Source: Vezdaea acicularis (Eukaryota). Taken from it: DNA of 61,337 nt. This document shows positions 38,037 to 51,500 of this stretch, one piece after another. The DNA lies in assembly GCA_026025075.1 (NCBI GenBank), contig JAPEUI010000046.1, positions 62,001-123,337 on the forward strand, read 5' to 3'. The stretch's first letter is position 1. Every line of letters starts with the position of its first letter. The translations under genes and the position numbers were made by a program. The notes below the pieces were generated by a model. That model ran no database searches. It was not told the DNA's origin and saw only the letters and a program-made list of their open reading frames with translations.

Positions 38037-38929
38037 TTTCTGTGATTTCCCTTTCGTTTAGACTTTGGTTATGGTTGGGGTGCGGTCTTGCATTTACATT
38101 GCTGGCGTTGCTGCGGCTCATGCATTTTTGTTTTGTTTTGGAACGGAGGGAATGGCTCCTTGCCTCTACGCTTTCCATTTATCATCGGATAAAACGTACA
38201 TACGACTTAGACGCATCATCTCCTTCCTCTCGCGGTGGCACCGGGCGGTCTTTTTGCTCTTCGTGGCATACTCTTTCGTTTTGTCTATCAGGACGCCGAA
38301 CATGACGCTTTTGGGAATGAATGGAAGGGGACAGGATGGATAGGGAATGGACGATACACGGCTAGAAGGAATTGGGGCTGGATGTATCATTAGATTGCTC
38401 ACGCATATCATGAGTCCGCCGTAGGCTATTGGCCTTAGAGAAGTCTGTATTGAATTCACATGCTTTCGATACGGCAGGAACTGTAGCTGCTTCACAGCCA
38501 TGTGAGCAAGATGCAACACAACCTTCGCCCGTCACGGCGGAAAATGCTCAGTGACAGACTCTCCCGCAATGGCTGAGCCATGTGGATTTCTCAATCTCTA
38601 CACACCGTGGCGTCGTCGTCGTCGTCGTCGGATATAGCTATACTCTAGCAGCGGCTGCTCAGCCAGCCACGTCCACTTTGTACGAAAAGCACGGACAATT
38701 CTTGGGGTTCCTGCAGCCACAGTACGTAATCAACGCACCCACCGTGAACCCCTCATCCCTCCACTCCTTGGCCCACCGGAGCTTTCGAAATCGGTCGGCA
38801 CTTAACCACATACACAGGAGACCGTTGTGCTGATAGTGTTTCATTCGCGCACTTGCTCAGCCGCTATACGATAGGAAGAAAGAAAGAGTAACTAGGAAGA
38901 TGGAAGTAAGAAAGAAGGGAAGTGTGAGG

Positions 38930-39110
38930 ATGTGTGAGCCGGCTACGTGTCCGACGTGCCGTACGTCCCACCCCCCTTTCCACCCCCCTCTTACCCCCCC
39001 TCCCCCACCCAGACAACCCAAACCTCCACATCCCCTCTATCTTCCGCTCCCTCCACGCGGACGCGCGCTGCGACTGCTCACTAGGCGCCATAGTGCGAGG
39101 GACGTACTAA
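38930..39110 (+). pseudogene. Hidden spliced Cys-rich microprotein (MCxxxxCxxC...HIPS...RCxC), possibly decaying
   Basis: Exon 1 38930-38960, intron GTACGT..CTTAC..CAG 38961-39012 and exon 2 39013-39110 give MCEPATCPTCHNPNLHIPSIFRSLHADARCDCSLGAIVRGTY*. Confidence 0.6.
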
Positions 39111-39741
39111 CCCGCCAGCAGCAGGGGACGGGGAAGGCGAGAGAAGTGGTGTTGGAGGGGTTGGAGGAGTGGGTGGATTTGGGAGAGGGGGAGTGGGTTA
39201 TGGTTGGGAAGGGGTGGGCGGATGGGGAGGGGGTTGTGGTGAATGATTGATTGAGTGGTGAGGGGTGGGAAGGGAGAGAAGGTGGAGGGGATAGGGGGTG
39301 GTTTGGGTGTAGGAGTGGTGGGGGAAGGGGGGGGGGTGGTTGGCAGATTTGAGGGGTACGCTGGCCAGTGTTTCCATGAACAGGATCTTTCAATCATGCT
39401 GTTTTGGTTCTTGCGACGGTGTCCACTCCAGCCCTTTTGCTTTTACCGTGAGCATACTGGGCCTGGAATCACTTCAATCCGGCGTCCCTGCTCAACAACC
39501 CTCCCTTACTCTCCAGTGAACAGATTTGCCTGCTTGTATACCGCAGACGTCGCGTCAATCTCACAGAGGCAACGATGCAGAATGATGACCCCAATCCTCA
39601 TGAACGCTTGATCCTAACTCCAGGACATCTATGCACGCTCGCTAAACCCAAAAAAGCCATCCATGCAAAAGCTCCGGCGAAGCCAAATTCCACAACACAG
39701 AGGGGGGTATCATACACATATGTCCGTCCTTCTTCACAACC

Positions 39742-42700
39742 TCACAACTCGATGAGATCGACCTCCGAGAAGTCCGGAGGACTCCTCCGATACACGACCC
39801 TCCCCTTAGCGTCCAACCCCGTAAACTCGTTACTGATCCAAATATGCTTGCTAAACCGTTGCGTCCTGTAAATCTCATCGTCGCTGACCCCCAAGTCGTC
39901 CCGCGGGATCCAGACGACCGGCCGCTTCGCCCGGAGGGCCTCGTGCTGGAAGGCGCGCTGCACGAGCTTGTCCCGTTCGTCGGGAGTCAGGTCTTCGATC
40001 TCGTCGTTGAGGCCGGAGAACAGCGCCTCGCCGATCGGGTTGACCCGTTGGGATTCGACGTCGCGGTGATGGTCCCTCATGCGGGTGTGCGTATTCAACC
40101 GTCCGCTACTCTGTCCGTTGTCGGGCTTAGGGCTACTTGTAGAATGGTGTAGAAAGTCCTTTGAGCGCCGCTGGCGACTGCGCTCAGCCCAGCCACCAAT
40201 ACGACCATTGCGGGACATGAGATCCATTGGGGAGAGATGATGCTTCGCCCGCGTCTCGATCTGGCGAAGTTCGATTGCTTCCATTTGCCGTGATTCTTCG
40301 CGTTCGTGGCGTTCTCGCTCTTCGAGCACGTCTCGGATGTTGTCACCCTCCTCTTCCTCCTCCGCCAGATTGAGCCGTTTACGCTGCGCTCGTTCAAACT
40401 CTTCGTCACGACGTACGGCTTCGTCTTCGAGCGTGATGGGCAGATAGCGGAAGAGAGGTCCAAACGCATCGTTGAGGAGGTATTGGAAGACCACAGTAAG
40501 GCAGGCGACGACGATCATGATGATGGCCTGAACTTTGCAAGCGACCCCGTTGTTGGTGTCGCGAACGAGGAAGAAGAGACCAACCAGGCAGAGTTCCATG
40601 ACGTAAAGACCAGTGAAAAGCTGATTGATCGCTTGCGGAAACAGTAGACCACCGGTATCGAAGCGGAATTTGGTAACGTAGAGCGTGTTGTAGCGATAGA
40701 CGACCCAAAACAGGGAGAAGGTTATGATGTTGAAGATCATGATCAGGGGAGAGACCACGCTGTAGATCAAACCTATGAACGATTAGCGAGGTCTCCAAGT
40801 ATGAAAAAGATTCATCGCATCATACCAATAGCCGCGAGGTTAGTATACACTGGGAAGAATGTCCCCCACTGCATATCTGGCAAGTTGGTCTGGCGTTCCC
40901 ACTTGTCACGCGCTGTACTGTCTAGAACTGGAGCCAGAACGAACCAGCTGAAGAGTCCCCCGATTTGCACTAAAGCACCCGCTGACACAGAGAATGCTTG
41001 TAACAACATATATGAAAAGAAGTAGTTGCTAGCCTTTGGCAAGTTCTGCGCAAGAAGCGATGGTACAGAGCCGATGTTATTCGCAAGTTGTTTGATGACA
41101 GTCGTAATGCCAGAAGAAATGGAGACGACCAAGAACACCTGGACGAAGAGGAAGAAGAAATAGTAGTTCTGAACGGAGAGTTCGACGCCCATTCCTGTCT
41201 GAACGCCTTGCTGCCTTGCCAATAGCCTTAGGATTATAGGAAGGAGAGCCATGAGCGCGGCGAGCAACGCTGGTGGAAGGACGCCTTGAATCACGCCAAG
41301 AAACCATTTGGGTAGTCTGTTGAGCCAATCTAGCCAACGCACAATGCTAGCAAGGTAGCTTAGCTGAGATAGTAGGCCGGTAAAAGTAACTGGAAAGGCC
41401 CAGCCAATGATCAAGCCAGCAACAACAAGGTAGACAAGACCTGTCCGAAGATATCGTTCCCACCATTTAACAGACATATTAGTCCAGATGACATCATCAG
41501 GAGATATCTCCACGATACGCGGGGCCATTTGTTTCGGCATATGATGAGCTACGGACTGGCAAGCCATATGTGCCGCAACTTGGTGATTGAACTGTACGAA
41601 CGCGGAGTTCATAAGAGGATACTTCTCAGGCTCTTGTTGGTCTCGCTCAATTTCTAGATTCAAACGGGCGACCTCTTTCCTACAGTAGTAGATCGTGTCA
41701 ACTTTCTTCCCAATCAGCGGGAGCGAGATCATCCAAGTCCTGCCAAATATGGGCAATCTCATTGTATCGCGGTCACTCTTCTCCATATATCTCTTCCACA
41801 TTGGCTCGTCATCTTCATCTTCGTCGTCTTTCAGGTCTCCTTTATATGCCAGCGGATACTCTTCTTTCTCTTCCGAGTCCCTTTTCTTGGTAGATTCTTT
41901 CAATTTCTTGGTATCTTCTTTCATTAATCGTTTGCTCCCACCATTGACGGTAGCTTGGGGATTCGCAGAAGGTGTTATAGGGCTCTGATCACTTAGCGGC
42001 CGCTCATCATCCTCACGAACCGAAGAGAATGGCTTTGGACTCAATCCTCCGGATTTTTTATCCTTAGCCCAAAACTTCCACCCGGACTGACCTTTGCCGT
42101 CAGCGAACTCGGCGAGAGGATCAGGTTGAGAGAGGCCTGCACGAGACCTAGAGTTCCCTCTCTGGTCACTGGAACCGTCCCAAAGCGGGACATCAGCCAT
42201 CCCAGACTGGTTCCCCGGCGTCTCTCTCCTTCGGGACTCGCTAGGTCTGGCAGACGAATTTGTGGATGCTTGCCTCAAGGCAGGATGTATATCCTGCTCG
42301 TCTATGGGATAATCATCTGGTCTCGACGAAGCTCCATACACCCGCCCGGTCCTTTCGTTTATAGCGCCTGGCAGGTCACCTTCGTCAGCGACAAACCCCC
42401 CGGTAGTGTTTAGCCTCTCGTCCACATCTTTTCCTGCCTTCTTCAAGCCCCCAAAAATAGTTTGTCCCACTTTATCTAGCCCGCGACTCACGGCCTCGAT
42501 TCCTTCGCCAACGACAGGCACCGACGGAAGCATTTTATGCTGCCCTTTGTGCTCAGGGATGGCTCCAGTTTCATCCTCTTCCAATGCGTCTTCAATTGTA
42601 TGCCTGGTCTGATGTGGATCACCCGAGCTGATACCGCCCGTTGCAGCCATACGCTGACCTTCCTCTTCTGCAAGCTTTTCTCGTTGCTCCTTATCCTTCT

Positions 42701-43670
42701 TGGTCAATTTTTTGCCAGCTTTCTTTTCTTCCTTCTTCAACTTCTCTATCGAGATTTTTTTACATTTTTTGATTAGGTCTGTCTCCGCTCCCTCAAGCGT
42801 TTTTGCCAACTTATTCCGCATTTGAACTTTCTCCGAAAGCTCGTCGTAATTCCTGTTGATCCAAATATTTCGTATCCCCCCCGGGAAAACGTCGAAAAGG
42901 CCATCTAGAGCTTCGACACTGAGCCATTTCCTAGGTATCGAAGTAACAAGCACGGTCGTTGCAGAAGCCCGAAGACGATGTTGAGGAGATGTGAGATAGG
43001 CTTGTCGCAGCCTAATATATCCTCTGAGCTCGTCGAAGAAGACAAAGCAGACATATACAACCACAAATACTGCCAAGACCAAATGCCCCCAGTATCGACT
43101 TGTCTGATCAGGTCTGACATTACCCCATGCTAGCGTGTCAAGCCCCGTTACGTTGGTAGAGCTCGAGTGATTTCCAACCGCGAAGTGTGGACCTCGTCCA
43201 TGGACTAAGTTGAGGGGTAGTAAGACAGGGAGTATAACAACCGCTAAGGGTATGAAGATCTTGAGAAGCGTCCTTAGGTAGCGTAAAAAGAAGTAGGCGT
43301 CAAGACCGCACTTCTGTATAAAATCCGAGTTCGACGTCCGAAACACTGGAGCAATCCACCGAACTAAGCCATCAGGAGGAGTCTTTGTCCTTTCTCGCTC
43401 TGGAACTAGGTAAGTCCTAGGTTGGCTGTAAAAGAGGTTAGTGAAGCTCAGGGAGCGTATCTGAATTTTTTTTCCTTACTAAATGCGGGCTAATTTGCCT
43501 TTAAGAAGGAGAAACAGGATGAATTCGATTCCGAACACCAACGCTGCAGCAATCAATGACGCTAGGAAAGCAGTGAGGGAGATTCCTTGATTGGTCTGGC
43601 CCTTCCCAGCACTCCCATCCAGGGCGCCGCTGATGCTAGTCGGATTGGCCGTTGGGGACGAAGTAGACAT
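39742..43670 (-). CDS. OSCA/TMEM63 (CSC1/RSN1/PHM7, DUF221) mechanosensitive cation channel
   Basis: RIYQPRTYL, GLDAYFFLRYL, TVLVTSIP, SAFVQFN, PDDVIWTN, NLPKASNYF, DTGGLLFP, AFQHEAL..PVVWIPRDDLGVS. Two introns. Confidence 0.93.
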
Positions 43671-45356
43671 AATGGCAATAGGGGAGGGTTTTTATATTGC
43701 GTGATGTTAGCGGATATGGGGTCGCAGTAAAAGGCGATTACTGCTCCCCGGAGAGACTGGTGACCCCCAGGCCTCCAAGCAAGCACGAGACCTCTTTAAG
43801 CTGCTGAGTTTGAGTGAATATGATGCGTCACAGCGTGGAAATCATAAACGTCTTATCTGCGTGGAAAGATTCCATGTATTTGTACATCGAGTGAGTCAGG
43901 GAGACAAGCAAACGGTTGCGACGCGACTCCCGTGTCGTAGAGTATAGGAGGGTCTGAAGGCCAGGTTATTCCTAGAGATCTGCCTCAGCCTAGGAGATGG
44001 GAAATGGAAATGAAAGCGTGTAGGACAGCAGGATTTGGAGAGATGATTAAGGTAGACGGTGAATACGGCGATGCGATGAGAGGAGGGAAGTCGCGTCAGT
44101 TGGGAAGACTAAACCGCGGTTTCGGTAGCTTGCCTGTCACGCAAAGGTTCTGCCATAGACTCAACATGGATCAGGAATCTTGAAATTGTGTCTGAACCAT
44201 CCTTGAAAGCGAAACACCTTTCCCGTGGTTTGAACTTGGCCTGTCAGGGATTTGGCGTTGCCGCCCAAACTTGTTCTCGCTTGAGAATTTTGAACTTCTG
44301 CACTCTGACATCATCGTACCTTGATTGGCTATAGGTTCGTCGGGAAGCGCGCTCCTCTTTGGCGAGATCAGATGAAACGTCCTTGGCGGCGAGGCCCGCG
44401 GCTGTTAGAAAGATATCTGCACCATCTATTTCTAGCCTAAGGTTACATTGAAACAATACATTGATGCAGCGCACGTGTGGTACCCTCATGAGCGACCGGC
44501 ACCACCAGCACGAGGAGAACCGGCGTAACTGCGGACTCACAGTCGTATTTTTCATGCCAAGTAACACTTGAGTGCAAGCCTGAGCCCTTAGTCCGAGCAC
44601 AGATCATGGATTTATTTTGTGTCTTAGGTCTAAATGATCTGGGAGAAGAGGGTCGGTATGATCTCGTAAGAGTTTCACGAGGCAAATCTGTTAACTTGGG
44701 CACTCTCGATAGGACAGATCACGAGAACTTATGGTACAGGGTAACATGGAGCCCAGAAAAGAAATCTTAATTTCTGAAGGCTATCATTCAACTAGCATCT
44801 TTACTAATGCGGCTCCGTCTCCAAGGATTTTCTCGAAAAACGTTGAAGCTATGACTAGGCAAGCACTCGACATGAAGAGCTGGCCGAAGTCCCTCTTCAC
44901 CAAGGTTGTGTGAAAGGATACTCCATCCGTCAAGGCCGGTCTCGCTTTTTCGCTCTGTAACTTTTCAGACTTGGTGTACACCGCGTACCAAGGCATTGAT
45001 CTAAAGGGGATCCACTCCAACATCCTTTTCAGTTAGGTTACATGCCACCAGCTGCTCGAAGCTGTTATAACGTTTCACATGCATACGCTTCACAGTCGAA
45101 GGTTCGGACGCAACTCAGAAATAGGCAATGGCTCATTGCTGGACTCAAACCAAACGACCAACTTATCTTTGAGTTCTAATGCTATCTATACTATCAGGCC
45201 ATCTTGAAGGAAGGGTTCCACTAGCTTAAAAGCGCAAATTCAGCATACTGCAGAAGAGCCTTGAAAGCCATGTATGACGCATGAGTAGAAAGCTCGAAGC
45301 AACGTGCAGCATATTATAGTGATACACTTCACTGTTTGAGGTTACTACATAGTAAG

Positions 45357-46460
45357 AGATAAGGAAAGCAATCCATGCTAGGAACACCTCACATGGGAAG
45401 CAAAGGCTAAGCCTATGAAGCGGCTCGCATCAAGGTCAATGACGTTAGCCCGTCCCCAAACCCCAACACGGAAAAGAGTCCGTGCCAATCAGGATTAGAT
45501 ATAGGGGACTATTTGGGCAAAGGCCTGTGCAACCGGAATATCCCATGGGGGAGAGTTTTACTGAATGGGCATGCACTGCTCTTATTCGATCAGAGCCGCT
45601 GGTAGTTCGACGATTGACTGCGTTAAAAAGACCGATATAACCCCCACAACCGCGATCGCCTGCAGATTTTGATGTATTGCCAAGACAACGCCAAAGATGA
45701 GGCAAAACCGAAAGATAAGGAAGTCGATAAGTCTCGTTACTTGCAACGTTGCACTTTACCGTATGACGCCAGTGTGACGCAATTGGGGTGTCGCGTGTCG
45801 CTAAGAGGACATGCCTCGACGGAAGGGCTAATGATCTCCCAGCGTTCTCCTGCTGGATATTGCAATCCAACTTTTCATCCTTATCTTTGCTGCCGTAAAT
45901 AACTTCTATACCGTCAACATTCGTCGTTCCAGTCTCTGATGAAGAAGATGAGGGACAAGAAGGGTAACGTGAGATAATAAGAGGGCATGTTAGCTTGTTC
46001 GACCAATTAATCTAAACATACTCCTCGAGATACCTCGGCACAGTATGGGGCTAAACTAGAGTTTGGCGGACTGCAATTGGCTCTCCTACCCAGCCCTCGC
46101 CCGCTTGGGGGCTTGCATTAGACCAGGAAATTTCGGGATTGGCTTTGGCGGGGAAATAGATAACTTGCAGGGCACTTCCTTCTCCCCATGACTTCCGTAC
46201 CTACTGGCTCGAAAATTGTCCACACTCCAACTCCAATCACAAGGGCGGCGCCTTGGAGATAGCGGGATCAGCGCCACCGGCTTACTTGATCGACGTGGCT
46301 ACCGCATGGCTCGCCGGCGTAGGAAACGCATGCGTGGGGACAAGGTGGGACAGTGGAGGTTTCGTCCTAGTCGATGCACAGCACGAGTGGGTTAATCAAC
46401 AATACCGGTGACGTGCCCTATCGCCGGATCTTGTGGTAGTGTTTGGATCCCATGTATATA
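45357..46460 (+). promoter_or_regulatory. Cluster of HGATAR sites (AreA/Nit2 nitrogen regulation) and TATA upstream of the ammonium transporter
   Basis: GATA cores at ~45357, 45713, 45725, 45881 (minus), 45972, 46158 and 46257; TATATA at 46455. The location fits known nitrogen control of Mep genes. Confidence 0.5.
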
Positions 46461-46634
46461 CTCCCCCAGCATTCTCACTTTCATTTCTAAAGCGTGTGCA
46501 TAACTCTTACCTCAAGCTCTTCATCTGGGAATGCCTGGAGGGTGCACAGAGTATTCTGTTACAACGGTCGACCGCCGCTCATTAAAGTCTAGTACACTGC
46601 AGTACGCAGCACTTAAAGATTATCGAGACTCAAT

Positions 46635-48544
46635 ATGTCCGGCTACAGCCCCAACTACGCCTGGGTTGGGTCTCCAACCCTATTCAACGGTACTAATGAT
46701 AGGACAGGGGGTGATTCAAGTGAGTACTCCGCGTTTCCAAGTCTCACCAAGGAGCCGTGTATTCCCCCTGCAGCCTCCCTTTGAAAAGCAAGTAGCAGAG
46801 CTATGGGGGGGGCATCTAGTTTGTTCATATTAGATATGCTAATCACTCTATCGGCATAGCCACGACAAATCTGAACCAATGGTTCGACCCCGGAAACACC
46901 GCATACATCATTGTATCTTCGGCCATGGTGTTACTCATGATTCCTGGGCTTGGTTTCCTCTACTCAGGCCTCGCTCGGAGGAAATCTGCTTTGGCGATGC
47001 TCTGGGCGGTCATGGGCTCATTCTCTGTCATCACCTTTCAATGGTACTTTTGGGGATACTCGTTGGCTTTCAGCTATACGGGCAAGAGCGGCTTCATTGG
47101 CAATCTTGCGCATTTTGGTCTCAAGGATGTTCTAGCAACCCCAAGCCCAGGTAGTCCATTGATTCCGGAACTTCTTTATAGTTTCTACCAGGTACGCTCT
47201 TTACAATTAGCCTCGTGTTGGTTCCGTTTCTAACATCGTTGCTAGCTACAATTCTGCGCAACTACCGCCGCAATTACTATAGGGGCGGTTGCTGAAAGAG
47301 GGAGGATGATGCCTGCGATGGTATTCATCTTCTGTTGGGCAACTCTTGTCTATTGCCCAATTGCGTGCTGGGTTTGGAACTTAAACGGTTGGGCTTTCAA
47401 GTATGGAGTTTTAGATTATGCCGGCGGCGGGCCTGTCGAGATAGCATCCGGAATGTCTGCGCTTGCATACTCCATGATACTTGGAAGGCGCCAGGAAAAG
47501 ATGATGCTAAATTTCCGACCTCACAATGTTTCGGTCATTTTGCTTGGAACGGTTTTCCTTTGGTTCGGCTGGTTAGGCTTCAACGGTGGTTCTGCATTTG
47601 GTTCTAACCTCCGTGCTGTGATGGCCTGCTGGAACTCTTGCTTAACGGCTATGTTTGGCGCAGCATCCTGGGTGCTTGTTGATTTCCGATTAGCACGCAA
47701 ATGGTCTATGGTTGCCTGGTGCTCTGGGGCCATCTCCGGTCTGGTTGCCGCCACTCCCGCCTCTGGCTTCATCACTCCATTTGGCTCAGTTGTCTTAGGC
47801 ATCTGCGCTGGCGCTGGGTGCAATTTTGCTACCAAAAGTACGCTTTCCCCTATCTTTACGCGTATATGATTAATCGCGGCTAATTTTATCGTAGTAAAAT
47901 ACCTCATCCGTGTTGATGACAGCATGGACATATTCGCTGAACACGCAGTTGGCGGCATCATCGGGCTTGTCTTTAATGCGCTCTTTGGGGCAAACTACAT
48001 CATTGGGCTTGATGGCGTAAACACTGGACTTTACGCAGGCGGGTGGCTGTCGCACAACTACAAGCAGCTATACATCCAGGTGGCCTACATCTGTGCTGTC
48101 GTTGGCTACAGTTTCACTATGAGCGCTATTCTCGCCTTTCTGATTAACATCATCCCGGGATTACACCTCCGTGCTTCTGATGAAGCAGAATTGCTTGGAA
48201 TGGATGATGACCAGATTGGCGAGTTCGCATATGACTACGTTGAGGTGAGAAGAGACTATCTCGCGTGGACTCCCAGTAGAAATAAGGTCGGTGAGGCCGA
48301 TGCAGGAGTTCCGGATAGCGATAGGTATGGGATCGCTGAACATGGTGATATGGTCGAGGGAAGGGATCCGAATTCAGAGAAGGGTAGTAAGCATAGCGGG
48401 AACGAGCACACAGGTATTGGAGGTGACCGACATGCGGGAGGGAGATATGGTAACGAGCATAAAGGAAACCATATGGGTAATGGAGTTGATGGTGGAAGTG
48501 CACACACCGGTGTTCAGGGTGATCGACATGCTGGGGGGTCGTAA
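46635..48544 (+). CDS. Ammonium transporter, Amt/Mep family (Mep1/MeaA Glu-His type)
   Basis: LMIPGLGFLYSGLARRKSAL, GAVAERGR, LDYAGGGPVEI, WFGWLGFNGGS, GLVAATP, DDSMDIFAEHAVGG, ELLGMD. Introns 46720-46859, ~47192-47245 and ~47838-47893. Confidence 0.95.
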
Positions 48545-51500
48545 TTCTCGAACGACAGGCTGGTAGTGATACTCCAACAGGAGAAATCGCCTTGAGGGAA
48601 GGCTGGCGAATCCGTGTTTGGGCTTTTGTCCGTTTTCCATTTCTTCCTTCGTCAAATACCATTAGAATGTAGAGAACTTGGTGCTCGTCGCCAAGGTACG
48701 ATGCTAGGTCACGCTAATCATAACCCTAACACTAAGACTTCTATTTTCCCAAAACCTTCTAGTACCAGCATTCCTAGCACTTTAACAACACTTCCGGTTT
48801 ACGAGTGAGAAGTGGCATGATGATCTAGATTGCCTCGATCAATTGTCTCTTTACAGCATGTCCTCCCGGCCTACACATCCTCTACGCCCCTAGATCTCCA
48901 TGGCCGTACAAGGAATCTGCATCTTTCTGGTCTCGTGACTTTCTCTTTCTCTGATGTGTTAGCACAGACTCAATTGGCCATTCGTACCGATGAATGCCAC
49001 GGTGACCTCTGCGAGACGGCATTATGACGGACTAGTTACTCTCAGAAGACAAGTTATCACCTGCAGCTAATGAACAACAGTCGAGTTATCGAAGCACACA
49101 GCCATCGGCCGATGCGATGGCTACAGAAAAGGATAGGACACTAGAGATCGATAGCTTCGAATTGTGATGAGTCTAGCGGTGCGCGTCGTTCGGCAGGTCA
49201 GGAGCAATGGCCTTATCAGGTAATGAGGGCTGCTAACCCTTACCTTTCTTGATACTACCACAAACGATATCAATAGAATGTATAACGCTGATCAGCGTAA
49301 TAGATGCGGGGTGGGCCGTCGACAAACCCGGAAGTTCGTCGCCCTATCTCCACCCAACGAAAGAATGTCTCTGTGGCGTGCTCGCGCTCAAGGAACCCCT
49401 TGTATCGGGGCAGCATCAGTTGGCGTCCTTATACCCGTCTTAGCATGCATGGACACAACGCGTCCTAAAGATTGAGACTAGTGACATATTATATCTGCAG
49501 TCTGGGCAAGTCGGTGCCTCCCAATCCCGCCGAGACCCTGGCGGGAAACTCCGCATCGTTGGCCTCGATTCTAGAACGTTGACCTGCATTAGGACAAGAG
49601 AAGGGGCCCCGGGGAAAGAGTGATGCGGTCATTGGATTACCTTATCACCAACTAATCGAGGCGGTGAGACAGAAGCCGAACCACGACTTCCGAGATTGAG
49701 ATTTCCAATTCTTGGTGCTCACCCAGTGAGGGTAGTCAACGGTACTAGGACGGGAAGGTGAACGGTAACGCCCCTGTTATGCTAGACGGTCTGCCAACCA
49801 GTCCAAACGTGGAGAGGATGATCCTTCTGGCCGCGCAGAGCGCGCGATAGCTCTTAACCGTCGTGGTTAACGGTCGATAATTATCACTCACATTCTACCC
49901 GATGGCAGTCGCGTCACCTTGGTCGCATCATCTCTCCTCCAAGCAAAAAAGACATGAATCCTAGTCGGATAGGTCAAGCAAGCCGTTATGCTCCGGACAG
50001 CTGTTCCAGACATGACCGTGTCAAAGGATACGGGCGCACGGTAGAAGGCTGGCCCGAGGAATATGACCTGTCACTCTCCCAGCCGCATGTTGATCCTCCC
50101 AACGTGCCGTCAATACGCCCTCTACCACGTAACCGCATCGGTTCAATACTGGAGAGCGGCATGGCAGAGAGCATGCCACTGAAACCTATCGATCATCGGC
50201 GTCACCGTATGGAGGCGGAAAGCTCGTTCGTTTCGATGTATGCTCACGTCCGTATCATCGTTTTTCTCTCACGGGTCCCTGTCGGATCAGTCCTCTACTC
50301 TGCGTTCAAAGGAGCGAGGCAATCAAAGACAAAAGCAAAGCAGTTATCGTGACTGACACAGGCCACCAAGATGATCTGACATGGCACGAGAATAATTGTG
50401 CCTTCCTTGTCGGTTCTGGTGTGCTTGAGGAGGGGAAGAGCACTGATTGGCCTGAAATAGCTGCGGCAGCCCTAACGGAAGGTTGATACTTTCCCTGGAC
50501 CACTGGGCGTCCTTACAAGGACAATGATGTGCGGACGTCGCCCCGGAATACGCTCAGAGGGCCAGGTGTGCATCCGCCCTGCTAAGGAGCATGCTGACGG
50601 TCAAACATGGATATGCTTCCTTTTGCCAATGCTGCAGACAAGCGCGGCTGACGAAAAATCATTTAGACTTTGGTAAGCTTCCACAGGATGCGTGGAGTCG
50701 CACCGCCCGGAGCAAGCAACGGGCTTAGCTTCCTGACCACGACATCCGCTGGCATTGGTTTTGGAAAGGGGGGTGTGGATGTCGGAGGGAACGGCTGGCG
50801 TGGGGAAAGGAGGGATTGGAAACCGACAGGGGCTGCGCCTACAGTACACGATCTCCTATCGGGTCGGTGCGCCGGCGTGGGATCTCGACGCATGGGGTAT
50901 TTTGCGAGAGGTGTTATTCACCAAAGTCGCTAAACGAAACGAACGGGTTCGATGAATGCTAGCGCGAGGACCACATGGGCATCTTGGATCGACGGCGCGC
51001 AGACCTGGGTTATGCCCTTGCGACTCATATAAGGGTTGGTGCGTCCAGGGCAGTATGACCTTGGACCGCATCCTTCGAGCTAACGGGCAGGTGGAGCGCA
51101 TCGCTCCCCCCTCTCACCACCCCCCCCGACCACCCCCCTCCGACCTTTTACTCGGCACTGCCCCACAAGATGGCTTGATGAAGCGGCGTGCAGCTAGAAA
51201 GGAGCCTACGATAACTTTCTTCCCGGCGGAACTCCCTCAAATTGCCACCCGAGCCCTGATGCCGTTGTTTCAAGCGCTCTGCTCTCCTTCTGGTACGGAC
51301 GCCGCCTTGGTTTGAACGAAGCAACTCGTGATCGTCACCAGGGTTGCTTTTCCAGGTAGCAGGAACGGCACCATTTGGCCTCACCGAGGATTCACCGAGG
51401 CCATTCTCGAGGCATCGCGCGGGGGTGAGCCAGGTCGACGCTCAGTGCGGTTGGTGATGAGGGGGAGACGTCTTCTAGCAGGAAGGCCGTGCCCGGGTCA

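Noticed and set aside
48817..48954. ATGATGA...CTGA as a box C/D snoRNA
   Set aside because: No recognisable rRNA guide or internal C'/D' boxes; expected by chance.
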